A DNA stretch of 64,000 bases. Origin: Lepidodermella squamata (taxonomy: Eukaryota; Animalia; Gastrotricha). This document shows, in pieces, positions 1-12,316 of the stretch. The stretch covers positions 186,001 to 250,000 of the forward strand of contig JBLDXI010000046.1 of assembly GCA_047495785.1 (NCBI GenBank), given 5' to 3'. The notes below the pieces were generated by a model. That model searched no databases, was not told the origin of the DNA, and saw only the letters and a list, made by a program, of their open reading frames with translations. Positions within the stretch are counted from its first letter, which is position 1, and each line of letters begins with the position of its first letter. The position numbers were made by a program, and so were the translations under genes.

Positions 1-3000
1 CTACGACAGTTTTAGAATTGAAAATGAAGCGAATAGGTACACACTGCGACTCGGCAACTTCATATGCGGAAAGGCCGGTAGGGACTTTCGCAACACTATC
101 ATCCGCAGATATTGTAAAGGGATAGATTTTAAGGCGATTCGTTCTCGTATCAAAACAACATGGGATTTCAAACAAAGGACAACCAAGGCGGTTCGAATTG
201 CGTCTCAAGATTCAACGGCGCGTGGTGGCATAATGCTTGCCATCAGAGGTAAGCCTGAAATATTTTCTAAAGCAGTTGGGATATTATCTTCCTATAGCAA
301 CCTGAATGGGCTGTATGGATCGAAGACCTTTGGGGTTGGTATAAACTGGCTAACGTTCAAAGGCTACTACGAGTCGAATAAGGCCACGCGAATGATGATT
401 CGCCGCTCGCCATTCCTCTACTCGCTACCACGTAAGGATTCAGGTAATATAAGATGGCTCTTCTTAATGCAGACTATTTTCCAGCCTTTTTACCGACCTA
501 TACTTACCCAACTGACTGTCAAGATATCCTACAGAATGACCCGCTCTCTGGTTCGGGAGTCTATCGAATCTACCCAGCTGAGACTCCTCTATCGACCGTA
601 GTAACCGTTTACTGCGATATGGCTGCTCTGGGAGGTGGCTGGACCTCAATTTCTCGAAATTTCGACTCGACTGGAAATTTCAGCCAAAACTGGGCAGCTT
701 ACGCTAAGGGCTTCGGCGACCCAAGCGGCAATTACTACCTAGGAAACGAAGCTATCTCTCAAATGACGAATTTCCAAAAGTCAAACCTACCGTACAATCT
801 TGCTGTTGTGCTTGAGGATTCAAGTGGCGACAAACGTACGGCTTACTACACCAATTTCTATCTAGGCGATGCCACCGCGAATTACCAGCTTAATTTTGCC
901 AGCTACGTAACGAATGATGTGGATCTACCAGGTATGAAATAGCCCTAATGAAAATTAAGCTGTATTAAGGATGATCTCTCTAAATGAAGGTGATAGTTTG
1001 ACTGCTCACAAATCACAAAAATTCAAGACTATCGATAAGCAAAACAATGACATGTGCCCACAAAGTCGCAGCGGTGGGTGGTTTTTCAATCAAAACCTGT
1101 ACGCAGAAAACAGTGGCTATTGCCTCGAGGCAAATCCCCATGGCCGGTACGGCAACAACGATTTCGAAATGGGTCTCAATTGGGTGACCTGGAAAGGTCG
1201 TTACGAATCACTGAAATCGATAATTTTGATGGTGAAACGGCCTAGTAAGCGCTATTTGGCTTCATTTTGGGTACTAATACAGAGATTTTTTTAGATGAAA
1301 AACCGATCGATTGCCAACATCTCCTGACTCAAATCGGCGGGACAGCTACGGATAAGGCTTATTGGGTGTACCCATTTAGACAACCACCTCTTTTCGTGTC
1401 CTGCCAAATGAGTGCCGATATCAATGGAGTTACTGGTTGGACGGTACCTCGACCACCAATTCAACCAACTTTAAAGCCTAAAAACCTTTGTTTTTCAAGC
1501 TTATTCAGCGGAGGAAGACCAACAACATCGACTTCACCAAGACGTGGGCTCAATACAAGGTAGGTTTTGGAAACGGGGGCGCATCTGGTTCGGATTTCTG
1601 GATAGGTAAACGTCACATTGGAAAAATAAAAACAGAATAATTTTGAATCCCTAGGAAATGATGTCCTGAACGTTTTGACAACAACGGCATCTTACATGCT
1701 AAGGATAACGGTTGTAGCTCAAAACGGGTCATCGTTCTGGGCTCAGTACAACCATTTTAGGATTCTGAGTGAAAGTGATGGCTATCGATTGCAAGTTTGG
1801 GCATATTGGCCGAATAGTACTCTCCGTAAGTCTTTAAGCTTAACAGCTAGTTCTAATTAATCTATCGAATTCCAGCCGAGGCTTTTAACTGGCACCATGG
1901 CAATACTTTCTCCACAATTGATCGTGGCAATACGGCTTGCGCTAATTCCTACAAAGGCGGATGGTGGTACCGTAGCAGTGAATGCTACCGCGTCAATTTG
2001 AATGGGCAGCTAAATTCACCGACTAATTCATCGATTATGTGGATCACGTTATCAAATACATCAAGTTTGACTGAAGTAACAATGGCGATAAGGCGTAGAT
2101 GTAAGTAGAAAACTTGTTGTTAGGTTCTTAGTTGAAAGTTCTCCTTACTCTAGCGACTATCGAAGTCCTCAATACTGCATCAATCCAACAGTGTGGCTCG
2201 AGTTATGTTCTTCAACACACTTGCAGCCACCCTAACACCGCCGCCGGTGAGGGAGATTCAATCCGAATGCCAGTCCCGAGATACGGAGTTGGGGTTTTCA
2301 CTGGGACCGACTACAAGTGTGTCTCGCAAGCCCAACCTCAAGATTGCTCCTATTACCAAGCTGCGGCAACTGGAAGCGCTAAATTTTTCTCGACAACTTA
2401 CAACAACTTATACAGCTCCGTTGGCGGTAAATTTTAGGATTTTTCCTGTAATTTTCCTAAAATTGGATTTTTTAGGAGCTTTCAGCGCGTATTGCGATAT
2501 GGAAACTATGGCTGGAGGTTGGATGTTGATACAAAAGAGGATTGACAACCGGCAAACCTTCGCACAGGACGCATCCGGGTATCAGACTCCATTCGGAGCC
2601 TACAAGCAAAACTTCTGGCTTGGAAACGCCATGATTCAAGCTGTAACATCCGCAGCTGTATACGAGCTCCTGGTTGAGATGCAGGATAGCAATCTCAACT
2701 ATGCCTTTGCTTACTACACCTACTTCTATACGACTAGTTCGATGAACACCCTTAAAATCAGTGGTTATCAGAGCTGCTCAACTGCAGGGGATTCTCTGAC
2801 TGTCTTGAATGGGAAATGGTTCCAGGTAAGTTTTTGCCCTAATTCTGACCTGGATTGAGCCTTCATTTCATTTCCAGGTTGATGATTGCAGCACCGGGGG
2901 TTGGTGGAGGAGTGCAAGCTGTCAATGGCCGAGTGGAACGTCAAACCTCAACGCGGCCTATGGCACGCAATCCTCCTGCGAGCGAGGGATCTTCTGGTGG

Positions 3001-4432
3001 ACATACAACAACAATTACTGCCCATCGCTTACAATGACGCAAATGAAGATTCGAACGCGATCAACCCGGATTCGTTACGTCAAGGCGGCGAACTTTTCCT
3101 GCCCGAGTGCTCCAGTCGCAAGCGTTACAGCGGTTACTTCAGACGTTTGTACAGCTCAATGCTCATCAAAGTGGAATTGTGCCGTCGCGAATTATTTCGC
3201 AGCAACCCAAACTTGCACGCTTCATTCGCAATACTGTGTCCCAGGCGATGGTATCGGCTTTGTAACCAACAATACCGATACTTACTTCCGAATGGATGAT
3301 TGTGACAGCGTTTCACCGAGTTGCGGACCACCTCCCTCTATGGTAAGCAATTTCGAAAATCGAATTAAATTTTGCTTGAAGTTTGTTTTAGGATGGAACG
3401 ACGCAAGAAATCATCAATATGCCGACCAGTTTGACAGTCCGATACAAATGCTTGCTTGGTTACATAAACGCTGCTTGGAATGGCGATAATACAACGCTAA
3501 CATGTATAGCGTGAACCAAATCCGAAGTCCTGCTTGGTAATTTGAGAACATTCGATTTCTAGGTAACCAGACCACTCGCCGCTGGGTTGGGCGTTTCTTG
3601 GACTGTAGAACGCTGTGCGGCGTGTATCCCGATATAGATAACGCCCAACTGCAGCCCGACGTCACGATTGTCGACGGAACTTTGACGTTGTACTACAAAT
3701 GTAACCAAGATTACGAATGGGTTTCAGGAGATTTGACGCGAACCTGTGGTATTTGACCTTATTCTAACCTTTGAACCTCTCTATACCTATATTTGAAGCT
3801 CCGCCGTATGCCGGTTTTCAAGGCGAGCCTTTGAACTGTACATCGACAAGATGCTCCACTCCACCTATTGTGGACAAATCTACGCGAAACACGACTGACG
3901 ATGGATCGCCGGATAATAGGCGTTACACGATTTTGAATTATACTTGCAATGCTGGATATTTGTTTGATCAAACTCTAGCGAAATCTTCATTGATACAGTG
4001 CGACGAAGCTAGTAACTGGGTACCTGCGATATCCAACTGCATTCGTAAGCGATCCTATTCCCTGAGCCTAATTTTCAAATTTCCTCCTTCGAACTTGTGG
4101 AACCTCGCAACAAAAATTAGAAATATTTTTTCAAAATTGAATTGAATCAACAACTGAAAAAATTGAGTTAACAAAATGTTAATTAGCTCTGCACTGCACG
4201 ATTTCGCCCTATGTTGACAATTGCATCATTTCTCCGGATGCGGCTTCGAAGCCTGGGATATGGGAACTTCAATCTCGCGTGCTGTACATTTGCAAAAATG
4301 AACAAGTGATCGATCCACTCGGCTGGGACAACAACGTAACAATATCCTGCGCGGCAAATGAAACATGGGTCGTAGTCGATTACGTCGGCCCAGGAGGCCC
4401 TCGGCCAACATGGCTGCCGTCGTCGTGTAGAG
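1..4432 (+). CDS. Multi-exon extracellular protein, 5'-partial: at least 4 fibrinogen C-terminal (FReD) domains + PAN/Apple domain + 4 sushi/CCP domains
   Basis: Spliced by hand across ~15 short GT-AG introns (e.g. 78-133, 249-297, 432-484, 932-989, 1444-1499, 2427-2476, 2826-2877, 3504-3562, 3749-3798, 4045-4186). Repeated FReD motifs: VYCDM..GGGWT, GFG...G.YWLGN, GDS....N...F.T.D, GAWW...C..SNLNG.Y, W..WKG..ESLK...M.IR. PAN-like C-x3-C...C near 3090-3240. Four C..PP...Y.C..GY...C...W..C sushi units from 3320 to 4430. The last exon is uncertain (possibly 5531-5631). Confidence 0.88.
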
Positions 4433-4684
4433 GTAAAAGGGTTGAAAACAGCGACGGTAAGAAAATGGGGCCGCAAAACAAACAACGCCGAAAAGGGGCT
4501 TTTTATGATTTGCTCATTTCGTATTTTTCGGTTACTCCCCGCTCGCACGGGAAGCTAAGGTGATTTACCTCCACGTGGTGCTTCCTGGGTTCGCCCTCAG
4601 CGGGCGGAGCTAAAAAGTCACCGAATGGTTTACAAATCTTTCTTTTATTTTACTTCTACGTTCAAGACTAGTTACGGGTGTTTT

Positions 4685-5050
4685 TTACGCGTTGATTTTA
4701 CGCTTTGACTTTCGAAAATTGATAATAGCAGATTCCAGGTCTTCCAACATGCATTTAGTAGCTGTAGCTCGATTGACACAAATGCCCTCATCCGCAGCAA
4801 AATCTTCAGAGCCGCAGCATTGGTTCTCAGGATCCGGGCAGTCCTCCTTTGTTAGACAACGGCGATCTGATGCGCATCGTATTGGTTTGAAGCTGTATAT
4901 GCAGAGGTTGCTACAGCAGCGCCGGAATGGCTGGCCTATCGATGAAGCCATTGGGCAGTCGTTTGAGTTTTGACAACTGCGAACCATGCGACCTTGAATC
5001 ATCGCAAAGGTAAGAGCGAATATTAATGCGTAAAATAGCCGTATAATCAT
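4685..5050 (-). CDS. Small secreted cysteine-rich peptide (two C-x5-C...CC...C modules)
   Basis: Single-exon 121-aa ORF with a signal peptide (MIIRLFYALIFALTFAMIQG), then CQNSNDC...RRCCSNLC and CLTKEDC...QCC...GIC modules. Confidence 0.75.
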   Translation of the reverse strand: MIIRLFYALIFALTFAMIQGRMVRSCQNSNDCPMASSIGQPFRRCCSNLCIYSFKPIRCASDRRCLTKEDCPDPENQCCGSEDFAADEGICVNRATATKCMLEDLESAIINFRKSKRKINA

Positions 5051-6414
5051 TCTATATATAGCAGAAAAATTTGGGTATATGTCACTAAGTAAAATTCAAA
5101 ATTAAGTATAGAAGATAGTAGCTCGATCCCTACCAGGTGTAAACAAATACCATATACAAGTATATATACAAAATTCTAATATAGTTAGAAGCTTTTCAAT
5201 TTCGTATTTATTATGAAGCAATTTCACTGGTATTCCGGCGGGCCAATGTGTCAACATGCACTAACACTATCTGGTGCATGGAATTTACTAGAAATTTCTA
5301 CATAGTCTATTGTCAATGTATTTCGCAGATGAACTTTTAAGATAAAACGAGCTTGTTACGCATCAAATCTTGAGTTCATGGCCTCACGCTTACCATTAAA
5401 CATACTTAAGCATAATTGTAGGTAGAAATTAATCTTCGCAGAGGTGGATAGAAAAAGTTTAATAGTTTGAAAAAGTTAACTGAAAAGCCGGATGAGTCGT
5501 CGTAAACAGATTTTTTTGTGAACCGGACAGCTTTTAGTGACTCCCTCTGGGCCACTGCTGGGCTGGTGGTGGTTAAACTTCTAATGGCCTGGCCCGTGTA
5601 CATAATTCGCACTGAATATCCGCGATTTTAAGTATACCGCCGTTGTCCGTTGTGTGAAGACTTCATTTTTATATTTTTTTATAATTATGAAATGGCTAAA
5701 AGCGTGGTGGCGCTGATGAATTATTAAAGACATGGGGTAGCCATCCCCAGGGGCTTTGTCGCATTAGTTTTTCTCTCAAGTAAAAATCCGCGCCAAGTTT
5801 TTTTATTGAAAAAGCAAGAAAAACATTTTTCTTGCGCATTTTCTGGGGTTATCAAGGATAAACGTTTGTCATTTAACAATGCTGATGTCAATTTTCAGTT
5901 CCTACCCCATCAATGAAAAAGTGAAAAATCACCGCGTTGGAACGCTTTGACCTCGTTATGACACACCGATTAATGATACCTTGCCTTTGATCAGAAGTTA
6001 TTCATACAAAAAACTCTTTTGAGTCCAAGAGAAGCGATTTTTCTCTGGCAAAAAATGGAACACACCGTTCTACCGGCTGCCGGCTCTAAAAGAGCGCATT
6101 TTCAGTTACAGCGGCTTGAAGTCGGTGGTTTTTGTGCGTCATGAAAAGGGGTGGAATAAAAAGAACCGGCCTAATGTGCAGAATGTGACATATGACGCAA
6201 AGGGGTATGCGCAGTTTCTTAATTTGTACACTCGATGCGTTGAATGAGCTCACTCAAGCGTGCCTGATGTGTCCTTTGGAAATACCATACCTGCGGTAGA
6301 AAAAATCAGTTAATTAATGTTCTCATTTTATTCCAGTATTTTGTAATAAATTTTCATCAGCAAACATCTTCAGATCATTATTTTGAGTTCTATTATATAT
6401 CATTTCGGATATCC

Positions 6415-7791
6415 ATGGCGAATAAGAACCGACCAGTTGCGCCGAAACCTAACTCTCAACCACCCGCAGACGGTAAATTTAGTTTCGCTGAAATCAGTGT
6501 GCGGAGTACCGGGTATTGTACCTTAAGTCGCAGAGCAAAAGTTAAAATCTCTGGAAAACCACAGGGGGACCCTTTGGCCATGAAATTTTCATAAAATATC
6601 CCCTCCGAGGATCCCGCACTTTGCGCACTGGCTGAAAGTGATCTGTGTTTCCGATATTCAAATTCAAGCCATACAATTTATTCTTAAAGAGGACATTCCG
6701 ATAAAACTTCACGTGGCCGCGGCGAAAGGCGATTTGGCCACAATCCAAGAAATTCTATTCCGACCCGGTTTTACGGCCGAAATCCGGCAACAGCTAGTCG
6801 AACATCAGGACGCGGGTAACTTCAACCGAACCGCCTTGATACAAGCAGCTCGAAGCGGGCATCTTGCTGTAGTCGAATACCTAGCCCGTGAAATGAAAGC
6901 CGATTTGCTGGCACGGGACAGTCACGAACTCGGCTCAATGGCCATTCATTTCGCTGCTGAATTAGGTCGGTTGGAAATCGTCAAGTTCCTCGTCGATTTC
7001 AAGCCGGACCTCGTTGAAGCCCGCGATCTCTTCGGCTCAACTGCTCTCAATTTAGCCGCATTCGCCGGGCAGTTGAAAGTCGTCGAATACCTTGTCGATG
7101 AAAAATCTGCGAATATCGAAAATGCAGGGGCTTTCAATCGAACTCCCTTCCTCTCCGCTTGCGAGCAGGGCCATTTAGCTGTTGCTCAGTTTTTGATGAA
7201 AAAAGGCGCAAATCTAATAGCGAAGAGCAGTCAAGAGTCTAATGAGGATATGGCGATTCATTTAGCGGCATTTTTCGGCCATCTGAAGGTTATCGAGGCT
7301 TTACTAGAGGCGAAGCCAGATTTCTTGGAGCTGAAAAACGGAACTAATGAAACTGCCCTGAATCGAGCTTCGATGGGTAATCAAATCAAGGTTTGAGATT
7401 CCAACAATGTTTTTTAATTTTCAAATAAACTCAATAAACTCAGGTTGTTGAATATCTGATCGATGTGAAGCACGCAAATATCGAAAATTTAGGCGAATTC
7501 GGCCGAACACCTTTGTTGCAAGCCGCAGACGAGGGACATCTCGATTGCGTTAAATTGTTAGTGGAGCGAGGCGCAAATCTAGCCGCTCGAGATAGCCAAA
7601 ATGGCGACTCAGCCCTGCATCTAGCGGCCTATTTCGATCACGTAAAAATCGCAGCTTATCTCCTCTCGCTGAATGCTTCGGGTCTAACCGAATTAACAAA
7701 CAAACAGAACCTCACTCCACTTGGTCTAGCTAAAAGGCAAAATAATCAAGAAATAATTGCCCTTTTCATGGCTAAAGGGATTAAACATTGA
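6415..7791 (+). CDS. Ankyrin-repeat protein (~10 repeats)
   Basis: Exons 6415-6472, 6690-7390, 7444-7791 with compatible phases. Many G-x-T-[AP]-L-x-x-A-A-x-x-G-H-L-x-V-V-x-x-L repeats. Confidence 0.9.
6495..6630. mobile_element. Short non-autonomous element (hAT-like MITE) in intron 1 of the ankyrin gene
   Basis: Imperfect TIRs CAGTGTGCGGAGT...ACTTTGCGCACTG, flanked by near-identical 8-mers GCTGAAAT/GCTGAAAG. Related sequences start at 24292, 37579 and 40317. Confidence 0.6.
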
Positions 7792-8003
7792 AGAACGCCC
7801 AGGTTATCAGATTTCTGAATCCTCTTTCAAATGATAGCTGGTTTATCATTTGCTTTCCCCGGTTTTTTCAACCCGGTCCTCGAAACAACCTTTCTTCTAA
7901 AATCAATAATTTGATTATAAAAATATTTAAAAATGAATAAAATCATTTACCGCGGTGTAGCATCTTAGGTTTTTATTGAGATAATTTCATCATTCATCAT
8001 TCA

Positions 8004-8995
8004 TCAGAAAATCATTGGGCTGAAAATGTAATTAATCGGAAAGTGAGTGTATTCGTCGAATGGGCGCTGGAATCGCGCGGGATTGTGTGTGTTCACCTTG
8101 TTAAAATCTACTGCAATGCCACTGTGCCGGCCATTTTTCATTATTAAAACCGAACCCGGGCGAATTTTATCTGCTGAGCATTGGCCACTGCTAAGCGTGC
8201 GTTGCCGGTTAACGTCGGAGCTAAATTGAGTCTCGTTGGCCTCAATGAACGGAGTACAGGTGTATTTCTGCCACCGATTCGGTTGATGCTCCAGGAATTC
8301 TTTCAGCCCGAGCATACCAGCTTTCCGACTAGCAAAGCCGATGTTGAAGTAGTAACCGTCTAGTTCGTAATTGACTAATTCGCTGATTTTCGATTTGTAG
8401 GGATGTATGTTTGGCAGAAGGCCGGCAGCTGCGAGTGAGCGAGATACGAACTCAGCGCATTGGAAGTTCATTTGAGCGCATTCTTCCTCGCCTCGGTAGG
8501 CGCAAAATCGGGGCACGGTCCGCTTACAACGTAAATCGTGGCATTTCCAGTTTTTATTCGCAAAAGAGAAGTCTGTAAGAAAGAAAAGGGGAAAATTCTG
8601 AAAAATAGGATGTGAGAAACAAATAAACATTGGCAATAAATGCATTTGGGCTAAAATCGATTTTGGCGACAATTCAGCAGGTGACTTACAACAAATGAGC
8701 CAAATTTGATAAAAGCTCATTTTTTCAAGGGTCAGGGTTAGGATTAGGGCTGAACGTTGTATTAAATTGTCTCTTGTAGTGTTTGCTTACGTCGTTTTAG
8801 AAGCTCAGCACTTGGTCCAAAAACGAAATTCGCGACAAAACTGCAGTTGTAGTTGTCATCTGGGCACGACATGGGGATTCCCTCGCTGCTTACCAGTGAA
8901 TATTGATCCAAAGGCTGAGGTATCGTGTTACATTGAACGTAAGCCAAATACAACAGCTTTATCAAAAATAGAGTTTCAACAACTTTTACGGGCAT
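8004..8995 (-). CDS. Secreted NlpC/P60-fold (Amidase_6/CHAP-like) putative peptidoglycan hydrolase
   Basis: Exons 8995-8791 and 8572-8004 (phase-1 GT-AG intron). N-terminal signal peptide. FANKNW...QCAEFVSRSLAAAG resembles the 'DCANFVSQ.L.AGG' catalytic-Cys motif. Downstream PGSVL...RHSGIAV...THN supplies the His residues. Confidence 0.7.
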
Positions 8996-9403
8996 TTCAA
9001 ACTGTAATTATATCAATCCAAGAAAAAAAACTGATGAGTTTTTTTTCACTGGTCAGCAAAATGCAACTATGAACTTGACGCATCGTTGATTTAATTGTAG
9101 TACATTTCTAATTTTTCAAGCGGCCGGCGGGCGTTTTTTTTCGCCCACTACCGGTGCTAAGCTAATTTTCAGCAAGACCAACGCTGGCCAACGCATTTTT
9201 TTCTGCTGTCTGCGGGAAATGCACTCAGCTGCGCGAAAAAAAACCCAGATTTTTAAGACAGACTTTTACAATTTCGATCGGGTATCCAGGTGCTAGAGCT
9301 GTCTAGCCCTAACGAAGATTCACAATAAAATCACGTTCTCAAGTTTAAAATTAGATCTTCGTGCGTCAGAGAGAACCCGCGGGCAGTTGCTGAATGCTGA
9401 AGG

Positions 9404-11707
9404 ATGAATATTTCTGAACATTTCCGAAAGATGCTGTCAGCTGCACTTGTAACAGCCACCTTGCTATCCGGAGTTTCAAGCTCTGAGAAACCTAGGAAAC
9501 TCTCGATATACAGCTCCTTCCCGATAACTGGAGCTGAACCATCGACATCGCAATGCTGCATTGCCGCGACTCAATACGTCATTGACAATGTCAACAATCG
9601 CAGCGATATTCTGCCTGATTACAAGCTGGAATTATCAATTTTCGACGAATCTGCCTTCGCAGTATTCGCCCCAGGCCATATCATGAGATTCATCGAAGGC
9701 AGTAAAAGAGACTCAACGCCTTCACCAGTTCTTATTGGCCCGCAATTTGTTTGTAATTCGATTTCCATGGCAACGAGAAATGAAGGCTATACTCATTTCT
9801 CAACGGGATGTAATGGTCCGAAGATAGTTATGAACCGAAATCTCTACGACAATATCTACAGCGTTTACGGGAGCTCAATGGAGCAAATTTTAGGATGGGC
9901 GTTATTCGCGCGGGATGTCGGAAAGTGGCGTAGGGTCGGGTTGCTACAATCTGCTGCTAATGTCAACGACTACCTATTCGGAATGCGACTGTACCATATG
10001 TTCTTAGAAATGGGGATAGATGTCGCTTATTGGGACATGACCCCAACTTATACCGATGCCTTCATGTTAGCGGCTAGTAAAGGCCGGGCTCGAATTCTGT
10101 ACGGAGGGTCATCCAACATCGCGGTATGCATGGCTTATCTTTGTTTGGCCCATAAATACGGGATGAGACCACCTCAATATGTGTTTGTCATGGCGGCACC
10201 GTGTAGCGTTGATCCTGCGTTGATCAAAACTTGCACTTACGACATTTTGGTATCGCAATTACGCGCGGCCTTCTTTGTCGGTTCTTTTTCCTCAGAATCA
10301 TTTGCCAATCAGGAAACCTTGACCACATTAGGTTACCCAGCTTCAAAGTTCGACTCTGATATCCTGAAGCTTTTAAATAACAAACTATGCGCTGATTGGG
10401 ACTATCGCCGACTCTGCCATGACGTAGCACTTCTCTCGACTATAGCCCTGGATAATACGGAAAAAACACTTCGTTCCAGCTATAATATGACCCTTGCCGA
10501 TTTCCCAAATAATAGAAAGTTCATTGGGAAAATTGTCAATGAAAGCGTGGCGAAAATTGATGTAATAGGAACCTTCCAAGGTCGTTTGAGGTACGATAGC
10601 AATCAGGACCTTCGAGATGCGGCTCTTTTTGTTAGCCAAAGATGGAGTTCCTCGCCACCCAAGATTTCTTATCGAATGGAACAAATTGGACCGGAAGTTG
10701 ATTTGAAAAACTACCGAATGGTGCCCCATCTTGCTAAGGAGAAGATTGTTTGGCTTACAAAATACGGGAATCCACCTAAAGACTTGTCAGAGGTCGAAAT
10801 TCGATCAAACGGTGTTTCGCTAACGACTCTGATCCCAATTGTTACGATTGCTTCAATGTCAGAAATTTTTCTTGTGATTACCTTTGTTTTCAATCTAAGG
10901 CAATGTCCCAAAAGGATACGGAGGCTGCGTCGAGATTTTTTTGACTTTTCGATTAATTTATTCTTGTTATTCGGGTGTTTTTTCCTGGTCTTGGAATCGA
11001 TATTAATAATGATCGGCTATTATGCATTTCTCAAGGTTTTTTGTCCTTGGCGGCATGTTTTGCCTATATTAGGCGTTTCCCTCGTCAACAGCGTGTTGAG
11101 CTTCACATTGATCCAAATGAACACATTTGCGTTGAATTTAGCTTCATCACGACTATCGAGGAGGCTCACTAATTTTGGCTACCAGAGTGATAATCCAAGG
11201 GCCCGGTATGATTCATACAAAATTGGACTTCAAATGGCTATTCATTTTCTAATTTCTTGCGTTATCGCCACAGCTTGGCCATTTTTTCACCCAGCAAAAT
11301 CTGTACCAATGATTTCAGAGGTTTTTTGGGACGAGTTTGGAGATACATATTACCAGACTACAGGTGAATTTTGCGAAGGTCCCTACCAGAATTATTGGAC
11401 CGCTGCTGTGTTGATTCTTGGCATTTTCCCGCTCTTCATCGGCTGTTTCTACGCTTATGAATTGAGGAAAGTTGTTATGCCGGAAAAATATCGCCTACAT
11501 TTCAAATTAGCTCGCTTGGCGGTTGTGAATGCTACTACGCTGAGTGTTGCGGCGATATCTGTAGTCTATGCGACGTCGAATAGTGGTCAAAGCCTGCAGG
11601 CAGTGATTTTTGGAATAAGCTGCTTGGTTTATGGGACAGTAACGCCTGCAATAATTTTCTATCCAGTTTGGCTTTACTCCTTGAACCGCACGGCTATTTC
11701 ACAGTAG
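9404..11707 (+). CDS. Class C GPCR, GABA-B-like (Venus flytrap + 7TM), intronless
   Basis: Signal peptide, VNNRSDILPDY.L VFT motif, W...G.PPKD linker, 7 hydrophobic segments, GCFYAYELR motif, no cysteine-rich domain. Confidence 0.9.
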   Translation: MNISEHFRKMLSAALVTATLLSGVSSSEKPRKLSIYSSFPITGAEPSTSQCCIAATQYVIDNVNNRSDILPDYKLELSIFDESAFAVFAPGHIMRFIEGSKRDSTPSPVLIGPQFVCNSISMATRNEGYTHFSTGCNGPKIVMNRNLYDNIYSVYGSSMEQILGWALFARDVGKWRRVGLLQSAANVNDYLFGMRLYHMFLEMGIDVAYWDMTPTYTDAFMLAASKGRARILYGGSSNIAVCMAYLCLAHKYGMRPPQYVFVMAAPCSVDPALIKTCTYDILVSQLRAAFFVGSFSSESFANQETLTTLGYPASKFDSDILKLLNNKLCADWDYRRLCHDVALLSTIALDNTEKTLRSSYNMTLADFPNNRKFIGKIVNESVAKIDVIGTFQGRLRYDSNQDLRDAALFVSQRWSSSPPKISYRMEQIGPEVDLKNYRMVPHLAKEKIVWLTKYGNPPKDLSEVEIRSNGVSLTTLIPIVTIASMSEIFLVITFVFNLRQCPKRIRRLRRDFFDFSINLFLLFGCFFLVLESILIMIGYYAFLKVFCPWRHVLPILGVSLVNSVLSFTLIQMNTFALNLASSRLSRRLTNFGYQSDNPRARYDSYKIGLQMAIHFLISCVIATAWPFFHPAKSVPMISEVFWDEFGDTYYQTTGEFCEGPYQNYWTAAVLILGIFPLFIGCFYAYELRKVVMPEKYRLHFKLARLAVVNATTLSVAAISVVYATSNSGQSLQAVIFGISCLVYGTVTPAIIFYPVWLYSLNRTAISQ

Positions 11708-12316
11708 TCGATGAAAATGAGAAATTTCATGTTTTTTTACATGTTAAAATTGGCGCAAATAGAATGAAGTCGGAAAAATAAACAGTGGAAAGGGATCGGA
11801 AATCGGAAAGTCGAAGGCTTAAGAGATTTCCAATTTTTTGGTCTGATAATGTTCCAATAGAGTGAACAGAATGAAAAGTAATCTGAACAGAAAAACAGGA
11901 AATTTACAGGTAGTTTTCGGTGAAAGACGAATCTTCACCGGTGGAGATGAGAGATGAGAGAAACAATACAAGATCTCGAAGTCAGCAGCAAAATCTTCGA
12001 GAAATTCTGAAGTAAAGAGTTGCGTAACATATGAGAAGTTATCAGACACTGGTTTGCTTAAATTAGCAAGTCATCCCTTGGACCAAACAAGTTCTAATTG
12101 AAAGTACGTGACGCTACTGATTTCACGCGTAAGAGAGCGTTTTATCGATAAACCTCACCCCTGAGATTCTTTAGACGATCTTCTTTAATGAAGTGGGTAA
12201 GGTACATCGCATGTCAGGTTATACTAATATGATGAATATTTCTGTCTTCCTCATAATATTTAATGGCTTGGTCGTAGTATACACTATAATTTTGCTAGCG
12301 AAACGTTATCTTGGGA

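Noticed and set aside
3511-3514. Apparent in-frame TGA (selenocysteine or readthrough) in a sushi domain
   Set aside because: It lies inside a GT-AG intron (3504-3562) whose removal restores T-C-N-Q.
4432-6690. Fusion of the FReD/sushi gene to the ankyrin gene
   Set aside because: Phases would allow it, but the ankyrin gene has its own ATG exon and there is no transcript evidence.
12142-12150. TATCGATA (DRE-like) promoter element
   Set aside because: Not exactly conserved in the paralogous promoter, and an 8-mer is expected by chance.
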